From a virus (lineage: Duplodnaviria; Caudoviricetes): a stretch of 64,000 nt of DNA. The stretch lies in IMG/VR virus record IMGVR_UViG_3300017754_001396, positions 282 through 64,281 of that record; one strand, 5' to 3'. The notes below the pieces were generated by a model that was given only the letters and a program-made list of their open reading frames with translations, did not search any database and was not told the origin of the DNA. Position numbers and translations under genes: made by a program. Below, one piece after another: positions 18,030-26,408 of this stretch; the first letter of the stretch is position 1; each line of letters starts with the position of its first letter.

Positions 18030-18803
18030 ATGAAGGCTAATGATTTTGTAAGCATAGAACATATACTGGCTGAGGTTACTGCTACCTTAGACGATATGGA
18101 GTTTAAGAAAGGTTTCTCTAAGGGATGGTACACCTCTAGGATACAGGATGCTATGCAAGAGCTTTCTTTTGATACATTCTGGTTGACAGTTCAGCATGAT
18201 TATGAGATGCCTAAGAACTGTCAGATTGAGATGCCTACCAATGTATTCAACATTCGTGAGATATATTTATACACTGGTTCTTTATGTAACCCTAACAAGA
18301 CTCAAGTTGTTTATTGGAAGCGTCACTTTAATAACACTAGCAGAGGTGGGGAAGGATACACTTCAAGGGTAAAGGATGATGGTAGTAATGGTGGAGATAT
18401 ATTCCAGCCTAACCAGCGTATCTACTCTCGAAACATGGAAGGGTTCTACGGGCCTAAGTTTTATTACAATGTGAATAATGGTTTGATGATGTTTAGTAAG
18501 GAGTGCTCTTCATTCCCTTATATCAGAATCATATTTAACGGGATGGGTGTAGAGAATGGCGAGTTACCTATTATACCTCGTTTCTTTGAGCGGGCTGTTG
18601 TTGAATACGTTGAGGAGCGATTCTACAATGCTATGAAAGCAAGAGACCCAAGAGTTTATCGTGCCCTTTGGAGTGATGCTTATTCCCGTCTTAACGACCC
18701 TGTGAATGGTGGATGGAATAAAGCACGTAAGCGAATCAAGTCTATGGATTCTCAAGAGAAAGAATCTATGGAAGAATACATCAGCTCAATGTATCATAAA
18801 TAA
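18030..18803 (+). CDS. tail ring protein 3
   Basis: FVSIEHILAEV N-terminus; P-I-IP..F..AV..YV C-terminal motif. Confidence 0.6.
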   Translation: MKANDFVSIEHILAEVTATLDDMEFKKGFSKGWYTSRIQDAMQELSFDTFWLTVQHDYEMPKNCQIEMPTNVFNIREIYLYTGSLCNPNKTQVVYWKRHFNNTSRGGEGYTSRVKDDGSNGGDIFQPNQRIYSRNMEGFYGPKFYYNVNNGLMMFSKECSSFPYIRIIFNGMGVENGELPIIPRFFERAVVEYVEERFYNAMKARDPRVYRALWSDAYSRLNDPVNGGWNKARKRIKSMDSQEKESMEEYISSMYHK

Positions 18804-18809
18804 ATAGTC

Positions 18810-19181
18810 ATGAATTACGATAGAGAAAAAAGAAATCAAAAGAAGATTGACAAGGTAAATTCTATTGATGACAATAAAAGATTAAATCGAATTGTAGATA
18901 GAAGGTATGCTCGTATGGATAAAAAATACGACAAGGCTGCTGGGAATGAAAAGAAGACTGCAAAGATTGAAAAGAAATACGGATATAATTATGAAGAGGC
19001 TAAAAAAGCTGGTATAACACCTGATGCTTCTGGGCATATGGGTTCTATTGGCAATGAAGGTCTTATACTTAAAGGTAAAAAGCATCCTTCAATGATTAAA
19101 ACTAGGAAGGTTGAAAGGCTTCTTGGTAATAAAATAGTGAGAAGAGGTGGTAACCTATACTCAGTTATTAAGAAACAATAA
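18810..19181 (+). CDS. basic hypothetical protein
   Basis: 123 aa, K/R-rich; GHMGS...LKGKKHPS motif. Confidence 0.65.
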   Translation: MNYDREKRNQKKIDKVNSIDDNKRLNRIVDRRYARMDKKYDKAAGNEKKTAKIEKKYGYNYEEAKKAGITPDASGHMGSIGNEGLILKGKKHPSMIKTRKVERLLGNKIVRRGGNLYSVIKKQ

Positions 19182-19570
19182 TGAGCTCTGCTAAGAAATC
19201 TAATCCCGGACTTTGGAAGAGAATTGTATCTGCTGTAAAGTCAGGAACTAAAGGTGGTAATGCTGGTAAATGGTCAGCAAGAAAGGCTCAGCTTGCGGTT
19301 GCTAGATATAAGAAAGCAGGAGGCGGATATAAGGGTGAAAAATCTTCTGACAATAGTTTATCTAAGTGGACTAGAGAAAAATGGGGAACCAAGAGTGGTA
19401 AACCAAGTTCTGAAACAGGAGAAAGATATTTACCTAAAGCAGCTAGAGAAGCATTAACTCCTAAGGAGTACGCTGCTACTACAAGGGCTAAAAGAATAGG
19501 AAAGGCTATGGGAAAACAATTTGTCCCTCAACCTAAGAAGATAAAAGAAAAAACTGCTAAATTTAGGTAA
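19181..19570 (+). CDS. basic conserved phage protein (DUF5872-like)
   Basis: GKWSARKAQLAVARYKKAGGGYKG...SLSKWTREKW...ERYLPK pattern common in aquatic phages. Confidence 0.65.
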   Translation: MSSAKKSNPGLWKRIVSAVKSGTKGGNAGKWSARKAQLAVARYKKAGGGYKGEKSSDNSLSKWTREKWGTKSGKPSSETGERYLPKAAREALTPKEYAATTRAKRIGKAMGKQFVPQPKKIKEKTAKFR

Positions 19571-19572
19571 TA

Positions 19573-20205
19573 ATGTCCTACTTAAACGCAAACATACCAA
19601 CGATAAACTGCCTGATAAGAAATGAGTTTATGTTCAATCATGAGAAGGGTCATGGTGAATTCACTAAAGCTGATGTTCACTCTGTAGCTTCTATACAGGG
19701 CAAGACTCCTTTATTTGAGGCTTTTCTTGAAAATGGTGTTAATTGGACTAGGAGACCTATTCATGCTTTCTGCTGGAAAGAAGATGCCGAGATTCTTCCG
19801 CTTACTGAACATATATATTGGGATTGTTTTAGTCCTTATATAGCTGTTAACTCAAGAGAAAGACTTTCAGGTCTTAGAGCTGATTTGATTTCTATTACTG
19901 GTGTAATGCGTCAAGGGATATATTTGTTTACTCTTGATTGGTCTCATGAGAATAGAAATAACACTGATTTAGGTTTTTCTGAAACTCCTGAGCACAAGTG
20001 TGGTCATGTGTTTAAGATGGATAATGGTAATTACTTTGTATATCCAAATAACAGAATCGTTTGGATGGATAGGGCGTTTACAGAGGATAGAATAAAAAAT
20101 AATCCCGGATATAAAATAGACTTGAATACTTACTCAGTTGAGAGCTCTGGATTTTATGAAAGTGATTATTCATATATAACTGAGTTTAAAGAAAATACAA
20201 ATTAA
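19573..20205 (+). CDS. conserved phage protein of unknown function
   Basis: YLNANIP...WDCFS...YLFTLDW...EHKCGH...GNYFVYPNNR family recalled from aquatic phages. Confidence 0.65.
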   Translation: MSYLNANIPTINCLIRNEFMFNHEKGHGEFTKADVHSVASIQGKTPLFEAFLENGVNWTRRPIHAFCWKEDAEILPLTEHIYWDCFSPYIAVNSRERLSGLRADLISITGVMRQGIYLFTLDWSHENRNNTDLGFSETPEHKCGHVFKMDNGNYFVYPNNRIVWMDRAFTEDRIKNNPGYKIDLNTYSVESSGFYESDYSYITEFKENTN

Positions 20206-20206
20206 G

Positions 20207-20500
20207 ATGGCTCTAGATAAGAAATCAATGGCGTGTAATAAGCCTAGGAAATCACCTAACCCTAAAAAAAAGAAGGTGGTTAAGGCTTGTGAGAATGGTC
20301 AGGAGAAGATAATTCATTTTGGTGCAAGTGGATATGGTCACAATTATTCATCTGCCGCTAGGAAGTCATTTAAAGCAAGGCATAGTTGTGGTACAGCCAC
20401 AAGTAAATTGACAGCAAGGTATTGGGCCTGTAAGAATTTATGGGCGGGTAAAGGAGGTGATACCCAAAGCTCACCTAGTACTCGAAGAGGTAAATACTAA
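20207..20500 (+). CDS. basic conserved phage protein (DUF6321-like)
   Basis: KKKVVKAC...IIHFG...ARKSFKARHSC...ARYWAC pattern. Confidence 0.65.
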   Translation: MALDKKSMACNKPRKSPNPKKKKVVKACENGQEKIIHFGASGYGHNYSSAARKSFKARHSCGTATSKLTARYWACKNLWAGKGGDTQSSPSTRRGKY

Positions 20501-20503
20501 ATA

Positions 20504-20677
20504 ATGAATAAATCTAAAAGACACAGGGGTTTAGGTGATACTATTGCCGCTGTAACAAAAACAACAGGTATAGATAAAGTTGCTAAATTTGTGGCTAATG
20601 CTGCGGGAAAATCTGACTGTGGATGTAGTAAGCGTCAAGAGTCATTGAACAAGAGGTTTCCGTATAGAAACAAATAA
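20504..20677 (+). CDS. small protein (57 aa, GLGDTIAAVTKTTGI...DCGCSKRQESLN; not in the ORF track)
   Basis: Translated by hand; the GLGD...CGC..R...LN motif is a recurrent Bacteroidota-phage family. Confidence 0.7.
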   Translation: MNKSKRHRGLGDTIAAVTKTTGIDKVAKFVANAAGKSDCGCSKRQESLNKRFPYRNK

Positions 20678-20686
20678 ACATGAAGC

Positions 20687-21139
20687 TTAATGCTCTATGG
20701 ATTTTAAATAATTGTTGTATGCATTATATGCTTCTTCTCTTGTTTTAAATCTTCCTATCCTTCTGTTCTTACCGTTGATGTGAATCCATTTTTCGTATCT
20801 AATGCAATTTTTTAGTGTTATTTCCTTTATGGGTTTATCAGATAAATAGTGTATTGAATTTTCTCTACTTGTGACCCATTCTAAGTTTTCTATTCTGTTA
20901 TCTGTTTTTATGCCATTTATATGATTTACTACTTTTTTATTATATTTATTTTCTAAAAAATGTAGGCATACTATTCTATGTATAGACACTTGTTTTTTGT
21001 CTATGGTGACTCTTTCATATCCTCTATTATTTACATTTTTTTTTAATTTCCTTTTGTTTAATACAGAATATACATTTCCAAAATTAGAAACTCTATACTT
21101 TCCATTTGTTCCGCTAATATCTACCCAGATTTCTTCCAT
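20687..21139 (-). CDS. NUMOD4-HNH homing endonuclease (likely start MEEIW at 21139)
   Basis: EIW..I...Y.VSNFG (NUMOD4); HR.V..HF...VNHINGIKTDNRIENLEWVT (HNH); AP2-like C-terminus; antisense to the late arm. Confidence 0.85.
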   Translation of the reverse strand: MEEIWVDISGTNGKYRVSNFGNVYSVLNKRKLKKNVNNRGYERVTIDKKQVSIHRIVCLHFLENKYNKKVVNHINGIKTDNRIENLEWVTSRENSIHYLSDKPIKEITLKNCIRYEKWIHINGKNRRIGRFKTREEAYNAYNNYLKSIEH

Positions 21140-21144
21140 AAAAT

Positions 21145-21223
21145 AAAAAACCCCATGAATCCGAGGTGGTAGACTCTTCTCCATAGGGATTTACTAAAAT
21201 CTTAAACAGTTGCTACCACACAA
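21145..21223 (-). ncRNA. candidate structured leader/attenuator RNA, copy 2 (5' GUGGUAG pairs with terminator loop CUACCAC)
   Basis: TATATTTG box 21236-21229; GTGGTAG 21219-21213; hairpin CCCTATGGA..GAG-tCTACCAC-CTC..TTCATGGGG plus T6. Confidence 0.6.
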
Positions 21224-21228
21224 CGAAA

Positions 21229-21258
21229 CAAATATAGTCATATTTTTTGATATATTTG
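21229..21258. promoter_or_regulatory. back-to-back -7 boxes (TATATTTG on - at 21236-21229; TATATTTG on + at 21251-21258)
   Basis: Both match TAnnTTTG; they would drive the HNH and muzzle genes divergently. Confidence 0.65.
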
Positions 21259-21277
21259 TCAAAGATATTTATTATAT

Positions 21278-24200
21278 ATGCGACAGCAACACCATAACAT
21301 AGACCTACGTACATACGAGAAGGGTATAACTTCTGATAGTAACAAAGAGATACTTGGTGGCTCAAAAAGTGGGGAGCACGTTGATTCCCTTAATATGCGT
21401 AGCATCTCTATGGATGGTGATAATTTTGCCAAGAAGAAAGTTAAGGGAGAAGACCTGTTGTATGATGCGGTCGACAATAGGTGCTTCCTTCCCTCTGTTG
21501 GCACTTTAAGTTCTACGTACAGGTGTATGCTCAGTTTAGAGATAAACGAGCACATAATTGAAGTATGGGCCTCTACTAATCAATCATTTGCTCCTTTTAT
21601 GAGGGTAAACGGTAAGATTGTATTGATGAGCTTTGACTTCCCTGTAGATGTGGCTCATCCACTTCAGTATGATAAGAATGAAAGTTGTATAGGTGGTGAG
21701 TTCTACATTACGAATAATCTAACTACACCTATGGTGTTCTCATTGAAGGACTTAATGATGAATGCAGGGATGACGGATGAATATCCTAATGCTCTTTGTA
21801 CTCAAAAGTACTTTGATGACTTTAATATACAGGAGTACGTGGTAGATGTAATATCTCCATTGTACAAGCCAATGTTTATTAGCCAAGACGTGAGTACTAC
21901 GGCTTATACATATAATGCTGTTCTTGGTTCATTGGGTCTTCCTGTCGGTTCTTACTCATACTCATATAGATACGCTACTCAAGCTGGAGATAGAGGGAAG
22001 TGGTCTCCTGTTACTGAGCTTATTCCTGTCACTAGTAGCGTTGGTGTTTTAGATAATTACTTCCCAGCTAGGAGGACTTACTCTACTGCGCCTGACGTTT
22101 CCACTCCTAGTGGATATGGTAATCACATACGTATCAGAGTAGAGAACTACAATAACTTTGATTTCATTGAATTAAGAAGGGATTGTTGGTATGTTGGAGA
22201 CCCAATTGGAACTCCTTCTATTTCTGAGCTTGTTGGATTCGTGGATATAACATCTGGCGTTTATCCTATTGATGTATTGGATAGATGTTCTTCTACTGAA
22301 GTGGAAGAGATTCTTACATTAGAAGAGTCCTCAAATACAATGTCTGCTCTTGAGAGGGCTAAGTCTGTTAGATACTTCAATGAGCGATTGTATCTAATGA
22401 ATGTGGCTTATGCTTCTAAAGACATAGATAACAATGTAGAGTTTGTAGATAACCAAGACTTAGTGTTCCCTGTAGTTCAGAAGATAGGTAAGCTTGGACA
22501 TAAGTCACCATATAATGCTGCTCACTACAAATCAAACATGAGGGGTGAGAAGTATGGATTTGGTGTTATATTATTTGATAAGGAGGGAAATACTTCATAC
22601 GTAAAGAAGATTGACGGAGCAGAGAATTTGCTTTTACCTAACAGAAGGGCCCCTATATCTTCTCTTACAACTGGAATGTCCTACAATGGAACTGTTAGGG
22701 CAGCGTTGAACGAACCTATAAATGGAGTTGTTAAGGTATCCAATACATACGAGATATTTGACCACGAAGATACAGTAAGCCGGTCTGGGGATTTAACTGC
22801 CAATGTATTTGAGAATAATATTGACCCGGAACCATACGAGCCGTTTCGTCCTGTTAGTCAAGGAGATAACGCAAGTTCCTATGGCTCAAGGGTAAACGTA
22901 GAGATAAAGAATGGTGGGGCTACGGGTGACTGGGAAGATTATAATCCTAAAGCATTTGGATTGAACTACTACTCAATGGGTGTAGGATTCAAGGGTATTG
23001 AGGTTGCTAGTTTGCCTAACTGGGCTGCTGCTTTTTCTGTTGTTCAGACTGCTCCTGCCAATAGGGTATTAGCTCAAGGGTTTGGTTGGTACTCAATGGT
23101 TGAAGCTGAGACTGGAGTATTTGGTAATCATGCGGGTAAAGATGTAAATAAGCTTTGGGTTTATTTTCCTGATGGTGATGCTGAAACAGGTATTCGTCCT
23201 CAGCTAACTGATGATATACTTGCTAACTATCAGAATGGTTCTTATAAGATACAGGCTGTTTCCCCATTAGGATATTTTACTGAGGTCTATTCATTTAACA
23301 ATAATGTTGTTAAGGATGTTCAAGCTGACATCATTACATACGCAAGGATACTTCATGACGAGGGTCAGATTAACCCTACCACTGAGTTGGGTTATTATTC
23401 TGGTCAGCCAATGGGTATATTGTCTGCGTCTCGTCAATACGTAGGATATGCTGCTTTTAAATTCAATTTGGAGGCATTTTGTAGCCCTACAGGTTGTCCT
23501 TATATTGATAATGGGAATGGAGACCATTTATTTAATATAACAAACGTACAATCATATACATCTCCTAGTACTAGGATGACTTATCTGATACTTACATTGG
23601 ATAGGCCAATATATATATTAGACCATACATTCTCTAATATTGATGAAAAGGATTTAGCTGTTAGGCAGTTTCAAGAGCCTATGTACGTGGTGAACCTTAT
23701 CAGAGAAGAGGCTCAGATAATTGAGTCGAATATAACCGCTTACAACTACACAGGTCATCATCAAAGAATAAAATCTACAATAGGTGAAGGTACTGGATTC
23801 CCTGCTACGTTTAAGTTGGTATCTGAAAGATGGGAGGATTGTATTCAAACTGTTGCTGGTCAAACGAATAATGCTTATGCTAACCTAGAAAGATTTATAT
23901 GGGTTGAGGATAGCCTTGGTGTTGCAAAGAGATGGGTGAATGTAACAAACAAAACATCATTGTCAATCAACTCAATAAAGAACTCATTAAACGCTCTTGG
24001 GTACGCTTTTGTCAATGATTCCTCTGGCACTTATACTGTATATGGAATGTACACTTCTAATGAGGAGTACATTAATCAGCACGTTGGTTTTGAGATAATA
24101 TTCCAGCCTTATGGTAACTTACAGTATGAGTATTGTATTCCGGGAGCTGAGAAGAAAGTGTACGTTTACTATGACAATAGGATTCCTGTTCGAGTGTTTG

Positions 24201-25816
24201 GTGGGGATACTTGGATTAATGAAAGTATATGGGCTCCTCTTGATTTTGAGAATAATGCAAATGGAGACCCTGTAAACTCGCTTAGTGAATTTAAGTGGGA
24301 CATCCCTATGCCTTACAATAAGTACAAATTATCCAATGGTATAAGAATAATTAAAAATAGCGGGGGTGTAGCAGAGCACATACAAGACTTTGATACGTTT
24401 AACTTTAGGATTGGATTCCCTGCCCAAATACGTCAGTGGGTTTGTATGTGGACAGCAGAGAGTAGAACTAATTTAAGTTTTGCTTTCAACAATGAAGACC
24501 CTAAAGAAAGTCAAGACCAATTCTTCCCATTGAAGAACTATGTAATGCGTGCAAACAAATGGTCTACGTCTAATGATGGAAGCCCTGCTGGTTTTTACGC
24601 TGACAATAAAATATATCCTCAGTACTACGATGACTACGGTGAAGAGTTTAAGTTCTGGGGATTAGGAGGATTTAGATTCAGGCCACAAAACAATATAGAC
24701 TATTGTAAGACACAGACTAACTTGCTGCTTACTTCTGTTCCTATATTTGGATTTGAAGAACAGACTGAGTATTGTACAAGAATCATTTGGTCTGAGCGTA
24801 GACCTATAAATATTCAGAATACACCTAGTGTGCGTACATTCCCTTCAAACAATTATTATGATATGTCTGATGATACAGGATGTATTAAGTTTGCTTGGAG
24901 TGCTATCTCTGGAGACAAAGGAAATAACCTGTATGCTATTACCGATGGAGGTGTTTGTTTATTACTAGTAGATAAGAGAATTATCCATGAGATAAATGCT
25001 AATGAACTTGCTACAATAGGTTCTGACATAGGTGGTATATTGAATGAGCTTTGGATTGACAGAAATATTGGAATGACAGATGAGACATGGAGAACATGGG
25101 CTGAATATTCTAATATGCTTATGTTCGGAAATTATACATCAATGTATGCTTTATCTGACAATCAAATAGTGAATCTTGGTGATACCGGATTCAATGAATT
25201 GTACAGGAGGAAGTTTGTTCCTCGTCTTAGTCGTGGGTATATTTCAACTGTTTCCGGTGGGTACAATGTACTTACAAAAGAGTACATCATAAACGCGTCA
25301 AGAGCTAAGTTCCCTAACTCTAACTTCAGCACATTAATCTACGGACTTCAGCAACAGGCTCTACAATGTCAGAGTACCTATAACTATGATAAGTATTTGT
25401 ATATAGGTAACAAGACCTATGGGATGAAAGATGGGAAAACATTTGAGCTTGGTATTGGTAATCAGATTGATGGCGAGAATATGGAAGCTTACGTTACTGG
25501 ACTTTCTGATGCTCAGATATATTCTGATAAGGAGTTTATACGCATTAGAGTTAACTCCAATAGTAAGCCAGATAAGATATTCTTCTATGACTCTTATCAA
25601 GATTACATCAATGATAACTATAGCTCTGTTGTAGACGCTACATCCAATGCTATAGCGATAAAAGATTACTACGGATATGAGTGTTATATTCCAAGAAGAA
25701 TAGTATCTCCTCACTATAGACAACAGGGAAGGGTAGTGCTATTTAAAATAGTGAGCACTGAGGATGAGGACTTCTTAGTAACGTCTACCGGTGTTCAATA
25801 TAAACAATTGAAATAA
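21278..25816 (+). CDS. tail stabilisation/muzzle protein (crAss-like, beta-propeller)
   Basis: 1512 aa, beta-rich; KxGEKYGFGVILFDKEG and RIIWSE motifs recalled from crAss-like stabilisation proteins; follows the ring genes. Confidence 0.7.
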   Translation: MRQQHHNIDLRTYEKGITSDSNKEILGGSKSGEHVDSLNMRSISMDGDNFAKKKVKGEDLLYDAVDNRCFLPSVGTLSSTYRCMLSLEINEHIIEVWASTNQSFAPFMRVNGKIVLMSFDFPVDVAHPLQYDKNESCIGGEFYITNNLTTPMVFSLKDLMMNAGMTDEYPNALCTQKYFDDFNIQEYVVDVISPLYKPMFISQDVSTTAYTYNAVLGSLGLPVGSYSYSYRYATQAGDRGKWSPVTELIPVTSSVGVLDNYFPARRTYSTAPDVSTPSGYGNHIRIRVENYNNFDFIELRRDCWYVGDPIGTPSISELVGFVDITSGVYPIDVLDRCSSTEVEEILTLEESSNTMSALERAKSVRYFNERLYLMNVAYASKDIDNNVEFVDNQDLVFPVVQKIGKLGHKSPYNAAHYKSNMRGEKYGFGVILFDKEGNTSYVKKIDGAENLLLPNRRAPISSLTTGMSYNGTVRAALNEPINGVVKVSNTYEIFDHEDTVSRSGDLTANVFENNIDPEPYEPFRPVSQGDNASSYGSRVNVEIKNGGATGDWEDYNPKAFGLNYYSMGVGFKGIEVASLPNWAAAFSVVQTAPANRVLAQGFGWYSMVEAETGVFGNHAGKDVNKLWVYFPDGDAETGIRPQLTDDILANYQNGSYKIQAVSPLGYFTEVYSFNNNVVKDVQADIITYARILHDEGQINPTTELGYYSGQPMGILSASRQYVGYAAFKFNLEAFCSPTGCPYIDNGNGDHLFNITNVQSYTSPSTRMTYLILTLDRPIYILDHTFSNIDEKDLAVRQFQEPMYVVNLIREEAQIIESNITAYNYTGHHQRIKSTIGEGTGFPATFKLVSERWEDCIQTVAGQTNNAYANLERFIWVEDSLGVAKRWVNVTNKTSLSINSIKNSLNALGYAFVNDSSGTYTVYGMYTSNEEYINQHVGFEIIFQPYGNLQYEYCIPGAEKKVYVYYDNRIPVRVFGGDTWINESIWAPLDFENNANGDPVNSLSEFKWDIPMPYNKYKLSNGIRIIKNSGGVAEHIQDFDTFNFRIGFPAQIRQWVCMWTAESRTNLSFAFNNEDPKESQDQFFPLKNYVMRANKWSTSNDGSPAGFYADNKIYPQYYDDYGEEFKFWGLGGFRFRPQNNIDYCKTQTNLLLTSVPIFGFEEQTEYCTRIIWSERRPINIQNTPSVRTFPSNNYYDMSDDTGCIKFAWSAISGDKGNNLYAITDGGVCLLLVDKRIIHEINANELATIGSDIGGILNELWIDRNIGMTDETWRTWAEYSNMLMFGNYTSMYALSDNQIVNLGDTGFNELYRRKFVPRLSRGYISTVSGGYNVLTKEYIINASRAKFPNSNFSTLIYGLQQQALQCQSTYNYDKYLYIGNKTYGMKDGKTFELGIGNQIDGENMEAYVTGLSDAQIYSDKEFIRIRVNSNSKPDKIFFYDSYQDYINDNYSSVVDATSNAIAIKDYYGYECYIPRRIVSPHYRQQGRVVLFKIVSTEDEDFLVTSTGVQYKQLK

Positions 25817-25820
25817 TCAC

Positions 25821-25828
25821 TAAATTTG
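25821..25828 (+). promoter_or_regulatory. -7 box (TAAATTTG)
   Basis: TAnnTTTG 16 nt before the ATG at 25845. Confidence 0.6.
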
Positions 25829-25844
25829 ATAAAATTATTCTGAT

Positions 25845-26405
25845 ATGTTAGGAAAGGCAAAAGCAATAGCAAATGTAGCTGGTGCTGCACTTGGTGCTGG
25901 ACAAATGATAGCAGGGGCTATTAAGTCAAAGAAAGCAGATAAGATGTTGCCTAGTGGTCCTAGTGCTGCTGAACAACGATTAATAGAACAAACAAAAGCA
26001 ATGAGAAGAGCATTGCTTACTAATCAATCTTTTGCTCAAGGAGCTCAAGCTTCTAGAACGGGTAAGATGTTGGCTAATAAAATGTTTGCTGCGGGAGGTA
26101 GAAACCTTGGTGGAATATCTGCTCAGATGGCTGATAGTCAAGCTAACATTTCTGCTCAAAATCAAGCTCAAGCTGCTAACTTATTGGGTCAAGAAGTAGA
26201 GAGTCAGCGATATGCTAGTTCTATTGGAAGAGATACAGCTATGCTTAGAAGTGCTAGAAAGTCTGCACAAGGAGAACAGTTAAAGCAATCTGGAGGCATG
26301 AACTTAGGGGCTTCACTTGGATTGGAGAATAACATAGAACAGGACGGTCAACCAAAAAGTACATTCTTTAGTCGGCTATTTAAGAAGAAAAAGAAAATGA
26401 TTTAA
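25845..26405 (+). CDS. internal virion/ejection protein (small)
   Basis: G/A-rich N-terminal hydrophobic helix (AGAALGAGQMIAGAI), Q/A-rich; typical first ejection protein. Confidence 0.6.
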   Translation: MLGKAKAIANVAGAALGAGQMIAGAIKSKKADKMLPSGPSAAEQRLIEQTKAMRRALLTNQSFAQGAQASRTGKMLANKMFAAGGRNLGGISAQMADSQANISAQNQAQAANLLGQEVESQRYASSIGRDTAMLRSARKSAQGEQLKQSGGMNLGASLGLENNIEQDGQPKSTFFSRLFKKKKKMI

Positions 26406-26408
26406 GAA

